Shown: positions 36,893 through 50,712 of the stretch, piece by piece
How positions within the stretch are numbered: the stretch's first letter is position 1
Layout: each line of letters begins with the position of its first letter
Assembly: GCA_001179505.1 (NCBI GenBank)
Contig: CDMY01000448.1
Coordinates: 10,692-74,691, forward strand
DNA: 64,000 bases
Reading direction: 5' to 3'
Source of the DNA: Vitrella brassicaformis CCMP3155
Lineage: Eukaryota; Protista; Chromerida
Made by a program: the position numbers and the translations under genes
The notes under the pieces: model-generated
What the model saw: only the letters and a program-made list of their open reading frames with translations
Databases searched by the model: none
What the model was told of the DNA's origin: nothing

Positions 36893-38417
36893 ATGGCGCT
36901 TGTGTTGCCTCACGAGGTCTGGCGAGACCAGGTGGTGTCCAATCTCGGCGTCTGCGACGTCAGCAGGGTCAGATCCTCGTCACGCCCCAGCGGCACCTCC
37001 GTCATCGGCTGTGATTTCATCTTGCGGCGCATCGACGCATTGCTGAGGCGCTATGGGCTGAGTGGGCTGATTGACGTCGATAGACATGGCGGGGCGGCTG
37101 GGGCGGCTCCGCTGCCCGGCGGCCTCTCGCGCATCGACTACCTGTGCCCGCGTGCTGTATCTGCTGGAGCGTGGTGGCCGTCGGTGGGCGTGGCTGGGCG
37201 GCTTCCTCCGCTTGGCGGCCATCTATCGGCTGACCCCCACGATGCCTCTGGTGATATCGGCTGAGTGGGTGCAGCAGCACTGGCCCATCAGGGCCGCCCT
37301 GCACCAGCTGCAGCTCTCATTGGCCGTCTACAAGACCATCGGCCATCTGCTCAGCTACCAGGGCGACAGCCTGGCCCTGACCACAGACGAGCAGACTGGC
37401 GAGAATGGCGAGGTCAGTCACATCAGACGGGACATTCACGAGTGACGTGTGCTGTCGTCATGCCGTTGCCATACGTCTGTGTCTGCAGGATGGTGGGCCT
37501 GACGAGAGCAGTGGCGAGAATGAGGACCGCCAGGAGGGCGAGGTGGCGGAGCCGATAGAGCAGGATGGTGACGAGCAGGTGAGCGACACGTGCTGCACTC
37601 CTGACGCACACAGACGTGTGGATGCCACGGTATCGACCTGTTGTAGGATGATTTGATGGAGAGTGTCCCCGACCAAGGGCAGCACGAGCCTCCCCTGCCT
37701 CCCTGCCCCTCTGCCTCCGAATACGACACCTGGCACTGGTGCCGCAGCGGGGCTCCCCCCTCACAAGAAGGCGATGACGAGAGTGACGAGAGTGATGAGA
37801 GTTACGAGAGTGACGACAGTGACGACCACCACAACTATCCCCACAAGGTCGGCGATGTGCGGTTCTGCATTCTGCCGACCGATGAGGCCCCGGGCAACCA
37901 GCCCTACGACACAGACGACCCGGCCGTTGAGGAGGACGGTGTTTTCCGCTACTCGTCATCCTCGGCCTTCATGACGGACAACCTCATGTGCTACTGGTCC
38001 GGTCGCGAAGGAGCCGAGGATGAGGCAGCGGGCGACCAGGAGATCCTGATGGCGTCAGTCCCACGCAATGATGCCCGTCTTCGGTCCCTCATGGCCACAG
38101 AGGCCTTCGGCGACTGCATCGTGGCGGACACGCATGACGAGGATGGGGGGGATCTGCCTTTGGGACGCACCGTGGTGCTGTGTGGCCACCGGTCGAATGA
38201 GACCGTCGCTGCGCACCTGCGAGTTGCGCGTTGGAGCACACACATTGACATAGAGATCTTCACGACAGAGGGGTGTGTGGGTGGCGGTGTGTCTGTGGAT
38301 GAGTGCTATCCCATTACCGTCCGCCATGCCCGTGATGTGCTCAGACGAGTCAGACTAGAGAGGGAGGTGGTAGACCAGGGCAGGCGCATGGATGACGACG
38401 ACGACGACGACGAGTAG
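36893..38417 (+). pseudogene. Paralogue (copy 2) of the 24841-26441 gene with a +1 frameshift (pseudogene or sequencing error)
   Basis: Collinear with copy 1, including introns. The sequence is ctgtgcccgcgtg at 37142-37154 versus ctgtgccgcgtg in copy 1, which splits the reading between ORFs 36806-37264 and 37071-37445. Confidence 0.7.
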
Positions 38418-38874
38418 TCACCCACGTTGCCTGTTCGTGGGAGGCTTCGCGCGTTGAGTGTGCGCCTGTCTGTCTGTCTGTCTGCCTGTCGACTCGTTTT
38501 GCTGTCCGCTCAGAGATGGACGGCCTTGGCCTTCATTCGATGAGTTGTGTTTCAGTCAATCCTGCGTGCCACCTCTACCACACCACACCGCACCCCGCCA
38601 CACCACACCACACCACACACGTGCACACGAGGAAATGTCATAGTGTTTGAGAGCCGCCACTCAGCGCGCATTCTTTATCAATCATCTCATCTCGTGTAGA
38701 GAGAGCTACACACAAATACTTCCTGTCCAGTCAGCAAAACCGGCAGAATATACGACATGAAGCGACAGACAGACAAGACAGACAGACAGACAGAGAGGCC
38801 GGCCCGGTCATCCATCTATCTGTGTGGATCTGCGCCACCCACTGTGGTTGGGTAGGTGACTGGCTGCTGGTCAG

Positions 38875-41800
38875 TCAGTCAGCCCGTCCATCCCCCATCC
38901 CCCCAGTCTGCTCGCCCTTGCCCTCCGCCGCACCACCGACTGACACGTGTCTTCTCAACCCTTCCTGACCACCCCTCAATCCTTGCTGATGATGAACGGC
39001 CGCAGAGGAGGGGCCACCACCCACACCTGTGGCCACACGCACCCCTCTCCGCTGCCGCATCAACGTCTGGTCCTGTCTGGCGGCCTCGTCACGATCCTCC
39101 TCTGGAATATATGTCAGATCCGTCTGCCCCCTTGCCAGATGGTGGTGGTGCTGCTGCTGATGATGAGTGGCGCTGCCAGGGGGTGGAGGGACAGGGATCG
39201 GCTGCCGCGGGAAAAGCGACGACATGGGCGAGTCTCCGTCGGTGCTGGAGCCGTAGAATCGCTCTCGCTCCCTGAGGTTGCTCTCTCGGTGGGTGAGGAA
39301 GGGGAACTGGAATGGCTGGAAGATGCTGTCGGCGTCAGAAGACGATGCGCATTGGATGAGGTAGTGGCCCACTGCGTCGCTTGCGTTGGGGTGGGCGGGG
39401 GTGAATGAGGGCGGCAGGAAGGCCGACAAATCGCGCACACACTGGCAGACAGACAGACAGACAGAGAGGCGGACAGCAGGAGAGACACGCCGTCCACGTG
39501 CTCTGTGTCTTCTCTGGGAGGCATCTTCGCATTCCCTACTTGAGTGGCGGCGATGAGTCGATGGTCAAGTTCCCTTTGGTCCGGCACCCTCACCCACCAG
39601 TGCGTCACAAACCTCCCCAGCCAGTCGACCCATCCGCTCACCCACTCAACCGCCACACTCCACATCGACACCACCGGCCGCCACCTCAACCACGCTCTCA
39701 ATCCCCGGCTGTCTCGAGCACTGGCCTGCACACGTGGTAAAGGTGGGGGAGGGGGGCCGGCCTCACGCAGCGAGCCTGAGCGCGCCAAAGGCGTGTTGCG
39801 GTAGGGGGGAGCGGGGTGTGGGTGTCGCCTTTTCGGCTGCTGCTGCGGCTTTGTGGCTGCTGCAGCAGGCTCTTCGGCTTTGCGATTGGCGACGGGTGGG
39901 CTGTGTTGATGGTTGTCGTCCTCCGCCTTTATCGCAGCAGCCTTGGGGATCCACGGCAGCTTTGTCGTGTCTGCGGCCTCACTTGCTGGTGGCTGTGGCT
40001 GCGGCTGCGGCAATGGTGCCTCCTCTTCCTGTGTATTCCGCCTTGTTCCACTCCTTCCCCCACCCCCACCCCCAGCGGCAGCGGCAGTTGGCTCGCTGAA
40101 GAGCCCTATCTTGCCTTTGCCGCTCTTGAGCTTGCTGACAAGAAGGTTGTTCTCCCACTGCGACAGTAGGTGCTGCAGAGGACCTTGCTGCTGCTGTTGT
40201 CTCTGCTGCTGCTGTCTCTGTCTCTGCTGCTCTCGGTCTGGGTGGTCCTGTGTGGTGGTGATAGTGGGGGTGGGTGTGTGTGAGGGGGATGCAGGCGCGT
40301 CACGGTCCCCGCTGATGTCCATGAAAGTGGGGTGGGGCTGGGGAGGCGGCGGAATGTGTGGATGGTGGCTGTGGGCGGCCGACAGGGCATCACGCGGCGG
40401 GGAAGACAGAGACCGCGGGTGGCCGTGGCTCGGCTGGGGAGATGACGATGCTGAGAGGGACTGTGTCGTCTTGCCTTCCGCTCTCAATGTAGGGTCGGAC
40501 TTGATGGCCTTGACCAGCACCCATCCGAACACCGCCGTGCGCACGATCAGCTGTGGCAGCATCGACAGGAGGAAGAGGCCGATCGACACGAGCCCGCCGC
40601 CACAGAGGATGATGAGCAGCCCCAGCCGGCTGATGTCCTCGTCTTGCCACCCGAAGGCCACTCTGATCTTCTCCCCCAGGCACGCAATGCCGCCGGCGAG
40701 TTTCTGCACGCCGCCCATGAGCTTCTGCGTGTTGTGGAAGGACTCGAGCACCGACCCCTCGGGCAGGGCATTGCCGAAAACTGGGAAGGGGTGGCCGTCC
40801 TGGTCGATGGCCACCAGGTCGAAAGCGCCGAAGGGCGTGTCGACGCCCCATCCCTGCTCTCGCTTCGCCTGCGACAACACGGATGGGTGAGCGCCGCTCG
40901 ACGTGGGCGTGGCCGTCTCGTCGCCGCTGCCCACCCCATTTGGCTGTCGTTGAGGCGCCTCTGCCGCCGATCCCCAGTTGCTGTGGTCGCCGTGAGTGGT
41001 GGCTGACGGATGGTGTGCCGCTGCCTTTGGCTGCTGGTCGTGCATGGGGGGCGCCTTGGCGGGGGATGCCGGCTGGGAGGGCACTAGGGGCGAGAGAAAC
41101 GACGCGTCAGCCGGCCACTGGGGGAAGGCGAACGGCCCCTTGCTCTGCAGCGCGTCCCAGAGAGACGAGAGGGCCTTCCTGCTCCTGCTGAAATCAGGCG
41201 CATCCTGCTGCGAGAGCTGCCGTGGGAGGGACCTCTTGAGGATGCCTCCTCCCCCTCCCCCTCCCCCGGCCTTTGGCGTGATGGCCGCACCCACAGTGGT
41301 GCTGCGGGGGCTCCTCACCGTGGCCACCTTCCTCTCAACAAGGCCTTCCGAGTGGTTGCCAGCCAGGTCGTCGAAATGCCGGTCTAGGGCGCGTTTCGCC
41401 AGCCGCCCTGCGCGCTCATCCACTGGCTCTTCGCGCATCGCCGCCTCGAGTAGCCGTGGGCGGATCACCAGGTCGCTGTCAGAGCAGTTTCGCCGCATGG
41501 TGTCAGGCGTGGGTGCCTCCTCAGCTCCCGTTGTGGACCCGCCGACGTCACTCATGGCGCGTCGGAGAGGCAGCGACTGCCATTGAGAGGACAGCAGCAC
41601 GAGCAACGATGAGGGGTCCAGCTGCTCCTGATCCGGCATGTCAGCTTTGGCCGCCACGGGCGGCGACATGGCCGACGCCATCGGCCGGGTCGACGCCTCC
41701 GATGCCTCTTCTGTCTGCTTGATGGGCAGTGTTCTGGCGCCGGTCTGTCTGGCGAGCGTCGAGAGCTTGAATGGGTTGCGCCTGGTGCGGCCGATGGAAG

Positions 41801-42713
41801 CAAACGATCTCATGAGAGAGCGCAGCGGCTTCGGTGGCTGGCCGGGGAAGACCGGCGTGGGCATAGACGCAGGGGGCTTCCTCGTGCGCGGCTGTGCTTG
41901 TGGCTGTGGCTGTGGTTGTGGCTGGTCCTCGGCCTTGAGAGGGGGAAGGAGAGGGGCCTGGTCGGGGGACGACGTGGTGGATGCCGGCAGGGACGGCTGG
42001 TCGATCGCCCCGGGCTGGCTGAACAGTGGCCGCATGAAGCTCAGCAACGGGCTCGGCACACCGCCATCAGCAGCACCTGTTGCTGCTGCTGCTGCTCGCT
42101 TCTTGGCGCCGTCCCCCTTATGCTGCGGGGTGCTCTTTGCACGGTGCCTTGCCGTCCCTGCTGCCGCTGCTGACCGTTTCGGGTGCAGCTGCCTGTCATC
42201 CGGCCACCACGCGTAGAAGAGCGAGATGCAGACGAGGCAGCAGGACACGCACGCGGGGATCTGCCACATGGGGGCGCGGACGACGGCAAATGCGAGGAAC
42301 GACCAGAAGGCGGCCACCAGGAGGCTCTGTGCCGGCGTGCGGTAGGCCGCGGGGTCGTTGCTGAGCAGATGGAGGAACTTCTTGGTCCACCGTGGGTGGT
42401 GCTGCGTCAGCTGCTCAACCCGCTTCACGTAAGACTCCATCAGCTGACAACGGGCCGCAAACACACCACACTCATGAGTGGATGCGCGTGTGTGAGTGGT
42501 ACTTAGGCACTTGCGCGTGGCTGCCTACTTACTTGTGGCTCGACACGGTCGGGCACGATCCACTCCTGGTATGGTGGTTGTGTGTTGAGGTGGACGCAGC
42601 GCGTGAATGAGGGGTATGGTGAGGTGAAGGCGATGCGCAGATGGAGGAAGCCCAGCGTGACGCCAGGGCCTTTCATGCCCCACTCCGGGTGACCTGACCA
42701 CCGACAAAGAACA

Positions 42714-42746
<33 letters not shown>

Positions 42747-44268
42747 GTAGCTAGCTAGCTAGCTAGCAGCGTGTCCTGCCTTGCTTCCTCCCTGCCTGCC
42801 TCCCTGCCTCACCTCTGACGGCCCTGTGGTATTTGTTTTCCCTGTCGCCCTCTTCATATGGGTAGAGGTGCACCCAGAAGTCGGCCACCTTGCGCTCGCC
42901 CCGGTAGGCCGCACGGTCTCGCGCCGCCTCCTCCACACCCGACACCGACACGTCCACCACTCGCCCCCTCTCCCTCCCCTGCTGACCCAGCACCGCACCG
43001 CGCATCTTCTCGGCCTCCTTCGGACGATCGAACGCCTGGAACTCCCTCTTGAGGTCCTCGAGAAAGCTCTGCGGCTGCGAGAACCGCCTCTCCTTCTTTG
43101 GCTTCTCGGTGGTATCCTGGTCGGGGGATAAGGGCGGCTGGAGGCCCTCTGCGTGATGCACCTGGGCGAAGAAGTGCTCACTGTCGCAGCTGAGGAGGTT
43201 GGCGATGGGGATAATGGCGCGTGCGTAGCCGATGGAGGGCGGGAGGGGGGAGGGGGCGTGTTTCTTGGTGTGCGGCTGGAACAGGGGCTGATTGAACGGG
43301 TTGGGGGTGTCCTTGGGCGTCGTGTGGCGGACATCCACCAGGATGTCGCCGCGCAAATCACGGGGCATCAACAAAAGCGTCTGGGGCAAGCAAGGCAGAG
43401 AGAAGGAAAACAATCACGATGGATGGAAACACACACATGCACACACGTGATTGATGCACGCACCCGGTAATACGCACCTGGTTCCAGTCCACCCGTGGGT
43501 ATGGCTTCTCCATCATGACCTTGGGCGTCGTCGTGGACTTCCTGTCCTCACACGAGACCTCCACCCAATACCGCTCCCCCCTCCCACCACCCCTCCTGCC
43601 GCCCCCCAGCAGTAGCCCGCTCAACACATCAACAGAGAACTGCCACCGAGCAACCTCAGACGCCCTCTGGGGAGATGGGAATGATTCTTCTGGCGGGGGG
43701 AAGGGGCATGGCGGGGAGGGCGAGTTAGCACGGGGGGCGGGTGACGGCTGGGCTGACTGGTGCTGCTGTTGTTGTAGTTGTGGCTGTGATTGTGGTTGAC
43801 TGTGCCGTTGGCTGAAGAGCTGGACTGATCGGTTGTCCGACACATAGGCGAAGTTCTTGAGGAGGAAGTTCTTGGCGTAACGAACGGTCCAGTTGCCACT
43901 CTTGAGCTGACAGACAGATGAACCGACAGCATACATACAGACAGTCAGACAGTCAGACGGACGTGACAAGAGATTGTTATTGATCAGATAAGTGTGCCTT
44001 GTCCCTCTCTTCGTTGGTGTGTGTTCACATCCACCACGCATAGACAGAGCTCACATTCTTGTCGATGTCCTCGAGTCCTTGCTCTAGCTTGTCGACTGAC
44101 AGCCAATGACCCACCACCTTCTCTATCCAATGCAGGCCCAGTCCTGATGGATGGATGGATGGATGGATGGATGGATGTACGGAAAACACATGAATCTTGC
44201 GGTCGGCCATGTGTACCTTCTGTCTGCTGGTCTGATTGTTAATTACCTCGCTCGTCGGCTGCGGTCAT
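38875..44268 (-). CDS. C2-domain plus transmembrane protein (MCTP / PRT_C-like), multi-exon with one ~3-kb exon
   Basis: C2-like exons (WQFSVDVLSG..YWVEVSCE..VDWNQ; IGYARAIIPIANL; FWVHLYP; LGFLHLRIAF) precede hydrophobic segments and a PRT_C-like block QKLMGGVQKLAGGIACLGEKIRVAFGWQD..LGLLIIL. WWVRVPDQRELDHRLIAATQ follows. Proposed start MTAADERG|LGLHW. Confidence 0.7.
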
Positions 44269-44574
44269 TGCGGCAACGGAGCCCCGCCAATCATGTCAGA
44301 ATGGCTGCATTCTCGTACGTGAATGCATTGGACAGCGACCTTTCTTCTTCTTCTCTCTTTTCTTCTTTTCTCCCCTCCCCGCGAGCTTATGTGGGGAGCT
44401 CGCAGGACCCCCGATCTCCCCCCACTTTGTTCCTTTTTCCCTTCCCGTCACACAGCCCCGTTCCCATCCATCCCCTTTGCGTGAAACTGCCCACCCCACA
44501 TCCATTCAGACTCCCACCCCACATCCCGTCCTTCCAACGTTCCCCCCCTCAGTTTCCTTTGTCTGTCCTTGACG

Positions 44575-46698
<2,124 letters not shown>

Positions 46699-47445
46699 AC
46701 AAGTCAAGGGAGGCACAGACAGACATATATATTCAGTGCAACCAACGGTCCAAGCTGTCATCCATATTATCTGTCTCCGTCTGCGGTCGGCCGAAAAACA
46801 AATGGCTGCTTCCTTTCCTCCTTTTTGCCTTGCCGTGTTGTTGCTTGTTGGTACTGTTGTCTGACGAACGAAGAAGCGAAGAGAGCTTGTTGTTCAGTTG
46901 TCTGCACATGTGCTAGTTTCAGGTCTGATGAGCGAACGAACAGGAACAGAGGCAGCTGAACTATCGGCTGCCTAATCGATCGACCAAAGCCCACACACAT
47001 ATGTACATTCTTTGTACGAGAAAACGCCACGCCCCAGCTGACGGAAAAACAGGGGGGCTGGTATGCTGGATGACGACACATCAATCTGATCTGCCAAGGA
47101 TCTACGTACCGTACCGTCCGCTTGCGCGTCGCGTCAACCCACCCGGCCACCCTTCCACCAGGCCCACCCACATTACATTCACCAACGCACGCAACGCAGG
47201 CCATCGATAGATACACTTTGACCCATATCTATCGACAGACATTGGGACACGTCACAGCATCAGACAGACAAAAAACACAACGAACGAAAAACAAAGAGCG
47301 ATCGAACCAATAGCTAGGCTGCCTGGTACACGTACGTCACAGATAAACCACGTCACGGCTCCAAAACACACATGATGTGTCTAATTAATTGTCCAGCGTC
47401 CCCGACCGGCCCCTGCGCAGAGCCCCCTCCCCATTCATGGTCGTG

Positions 47446-49674
47446 TCAGCCACCAGTGGGCCATCGGCGCACGCATCGAACTGCACAACACACCACAGAA
47501 CGTACGTACGCACAATCAGACATACATGCATTTGGCATCCATCCGTCCGTCGATCTCACCTGCGTCTGTTGGATGATGTCCGCTTCGTCGGTGTCGGTGT
47601 CGCTGGCCGTGTCTGTCTCGGTGCCGGCGTCTTTGCTGTCGGTCACCTTGGTGTATGGGACGCCGCTGCTGCTGCTGCCGGTGGGCGTGACTCGGTCGCG
47701 CTTGTAGGTGAAATGCAAAGAGCCGAACACCACAAAGCACACCGACCACGGAATCAGCTGACACGCGACACACAGGCAGGCAGGCAGGCAGGCACGGGCT
47801 TTACACACGAATGGTGTCCTCTCTCACATCGGTCACTTACCATGGCCACGGTCAGGGAGTTCGCGAGAGCATTCAGGTTGTGGGTGCGGACCTCCTCGGC
47901 CATGCTCTTGACATCCTCTGTCTGCATCTTGTAACCGTAAAACATCTGCAGCCGATCCCCACGCACAGCAAACGATACATACCCGCACACGTATACACAA
48001 AAGGAAAGTTACGCCGGCCCGGCCACACTATACCTTAGCCAGGAGGGCCACGGTTGGTACGCCGAACAAAGCCGCAGAGGAGCCCTCAATCGCCACCAAC
48101 CACGAGAAGATGGTGGCGCGGTCACATGGGTCGACGATATCGGTGAGCACCGGCCTGTTGGTGGCCGACGGACACCACGACGCCACCTAAACACATACAT
48201 ATTCGACACAGCATGCTTATGCTTACACACCAAGGCCCTTTCTCGCCCTCACTTACGAGGCCAAGGAGGAGCATCAGGACGAAGTAGCCGAAAAACCACT
48301 CCGGCAATCGTGGCATAAGCTGCAGGATAATCGCCGTCGTGGGGATGCCCAGGAACACCGACAGCTGTGCAGCGAGCGGCCGCCCGTGTGCGTCGCTCCA
48401 TTTGGCGAGCTTGTCCCCCACATAGCCGCCGAGCAGCCCCCCCAGCCCTCCACCTGCCTGCAGAGCGGCCCAAAGCACAGCTGCCTGGCCGTCCTCCATC
48501 TTCATGTACTGAAAGTATACACACTTCATGGTATGCATTGCGATCAATGATCCGTGTACGAAGTCACTCGACGACCAACCTGAAAGTACATCGTAAACCA
48601 GCCTTCTTGGTTGCAGCGAACGAATAACAGGCATAGGCATGGATGCAGTGCACAGCGGGAATGAGTGATTGATCGGATGAGCGGTGCTTTGATACACTCC
48701 TCACTCATTGCGTTCCAAGGGACGGCGCCTGCATGAGTGAGCATGTATATGGATATCGACATCATGTATGAGCACTCATTGCTGACCGAAGATGCCTTGG
48801 CCCGCGAGGCACCAGAAGCTCGGCTTACGAAGCGACCGCATCAGCTTCCGAGTCTCGCGCTTGACGCCGGCACATACGCGCGATACACGAGTAACACCCT
48901 GATAGCAGGTGGAAGTGAATGTGAGGTATTGTTGATGCGCCGGTGCGTGTGAATGGATACGGACCTGTGCTGTGGGAGTCATGGGCGCGCTGTGTCTGGG
49001 CACTTGGAGGTTTGACGCACAGATGACGACACCCAGGCCTACACTCATCAGGCCGACCATGATAAACCCGACTCGCCACCCAGACACGCCTGCAGTGCAG
49101 CCCTCACAACACACACAATGCGCAAAAGGATGCATGGCCTGGCACTAGCTGTATATCTCACTACCCACCCAGCAGGGCCATCTGTGACACGGTGGTGATG
49201 ACCAGGCTGCCTATGATGCCGCCAAAGTTCTGCGACAGCTGCACCCAGCCAAAAGCGATACCTCGCTCGTCCACCGCAAAGAGGTCAGCAATCATGCTGC
49301 ACAAAGTCCAGCAGGCGCCCTATCGACTTGACTTGCGTCTGCCTTACCCACCGCACCCACATGTGGCGCGGGCCCTACCTTTGGGAGAGCGGGCCCACAC
49401 CTGACCATCAGATACACATACAGACACCAAACGACGCATGTGTCGCCTGTGTCCATGTAAGTGTGTTACGTGTGTGCTGCACCTACTCGCAAGAGCTATG
49501 CCGTTGATCGACCGCAGGATGGCCATCTGGCACCCAACGCAGATGTCAATCGTGTGTGCCGACACCATATCCGTTGCCCATCCCTCCGCCAATGCTCACC
49601 TCCCACAGGGTCGACGAAGCCGCCAGGACTATGGTCACCACCCCCCAAAGGACACACCCGACACACAGCACACT

Positions 49675-49706
<32 letters not shown>

Positions 49707-50283
49707 GGCAGGCAGGCACAGACAGGCAGGCAGGCAGGCAGGCGCGCGACACGCACGGGCAGACAAACAGTGAGCGTTCGTGCTTGTCTGTCTACGTGTG
49801 GTCTCTATACTTTGGCCTGCTGTAGCGGTCCGCAAGGAAGCCCCACAAGGGCGCAGACAGTGATTGGAACAGGCATTGGTAGAGGGACAGCTGGCCCAAA
49901 TCAGTTGGCTGCAGCTGCAACTCCCTTTCCAGTGCACGGAAAGTCGATGGTAGCAGCTGCCAATCGGCACCTGAGCCCACACAGGGAGGCCACAACCACA
50001 CCAACGCTGCGTGGTGGCCACACCGGGTCTCCCGTGCAGTGCATCGAGAGGCGGCTCACCGTCGAGAGCACACGCCATATTGAGAAGATTCTGATAACAA
50101 GCAGATGCACATCCACGCACAGAAACCACCGCACCCCTGCTATCCCATTTGCTTACGTACTTGGGTTTTCCTCCTGACCGCATCGTCACTGTCGGCGCAC
50201 TTTTGCAAAGCGGCAGCGTCAGCTGTGCTGTCGTCATCCACACACAGCACCGACAGAGAGGCCCCGTCACGCAGCGCCTTCAT
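47446..50283 (-). CDS. Major facilitator superfamily transporter (spinster-like / MFS_1)
   Basis: NLLNMACALDG|ADWQLLPSTFRALERELQL..LGQLSLYQ..APLWGFLADRYSRPK, SMIADLFAVDERGIAFGW, GWRVGF, GGLLGGYVGDKLAKWS..HGRPLAAQLSV and many further hydrophobic segments. The first in-frame ATG after a stop is at 50283. Confidence 0.88.
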
Positions 50284-50712
50284 TGCCACAGCTGCTGCAC
50301 CAGCGGCACTTCAGTCAGCACCAGTCAGCACACCACAACGAGGATCTTGCTGCCCGTTGCCTGAAGCCGCGGATCTGGTCTGTGGTCTGTGTGGCATTAC
50401 AGACGGCGCAAAGAACGGGTTCTTCGCCTCGCCTTTCTCCTGCGCTTCCACGATAGTAACGAAAAGGCCGGGAAAAGCCGACAAGGAACAAAAGCGAGAG
50501 AGGAAAAAACTCCCGATCGCTTCTGCGAGCTCAGAAGTGCAAAACCAACTTGTGCCAGAAAAAGGCTTAGGTATCGTGTGCAGCACAGAGAATGCCATCA
50601 GGAACAAGATCCTGCAGAAACGCATTGTTCTCCTTCCATCCCCTTTGACTGACTGCCGGCGTTGTTGCCACAGAGGCGTCCATATCTGTCCATCGGGAAA
50701 TCCACGATTGTC

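Noticed and set aside
42747-42768. (AGCT)n self-complementary tract
   Set aside because: A single short intronic microsatellite with no further structure.
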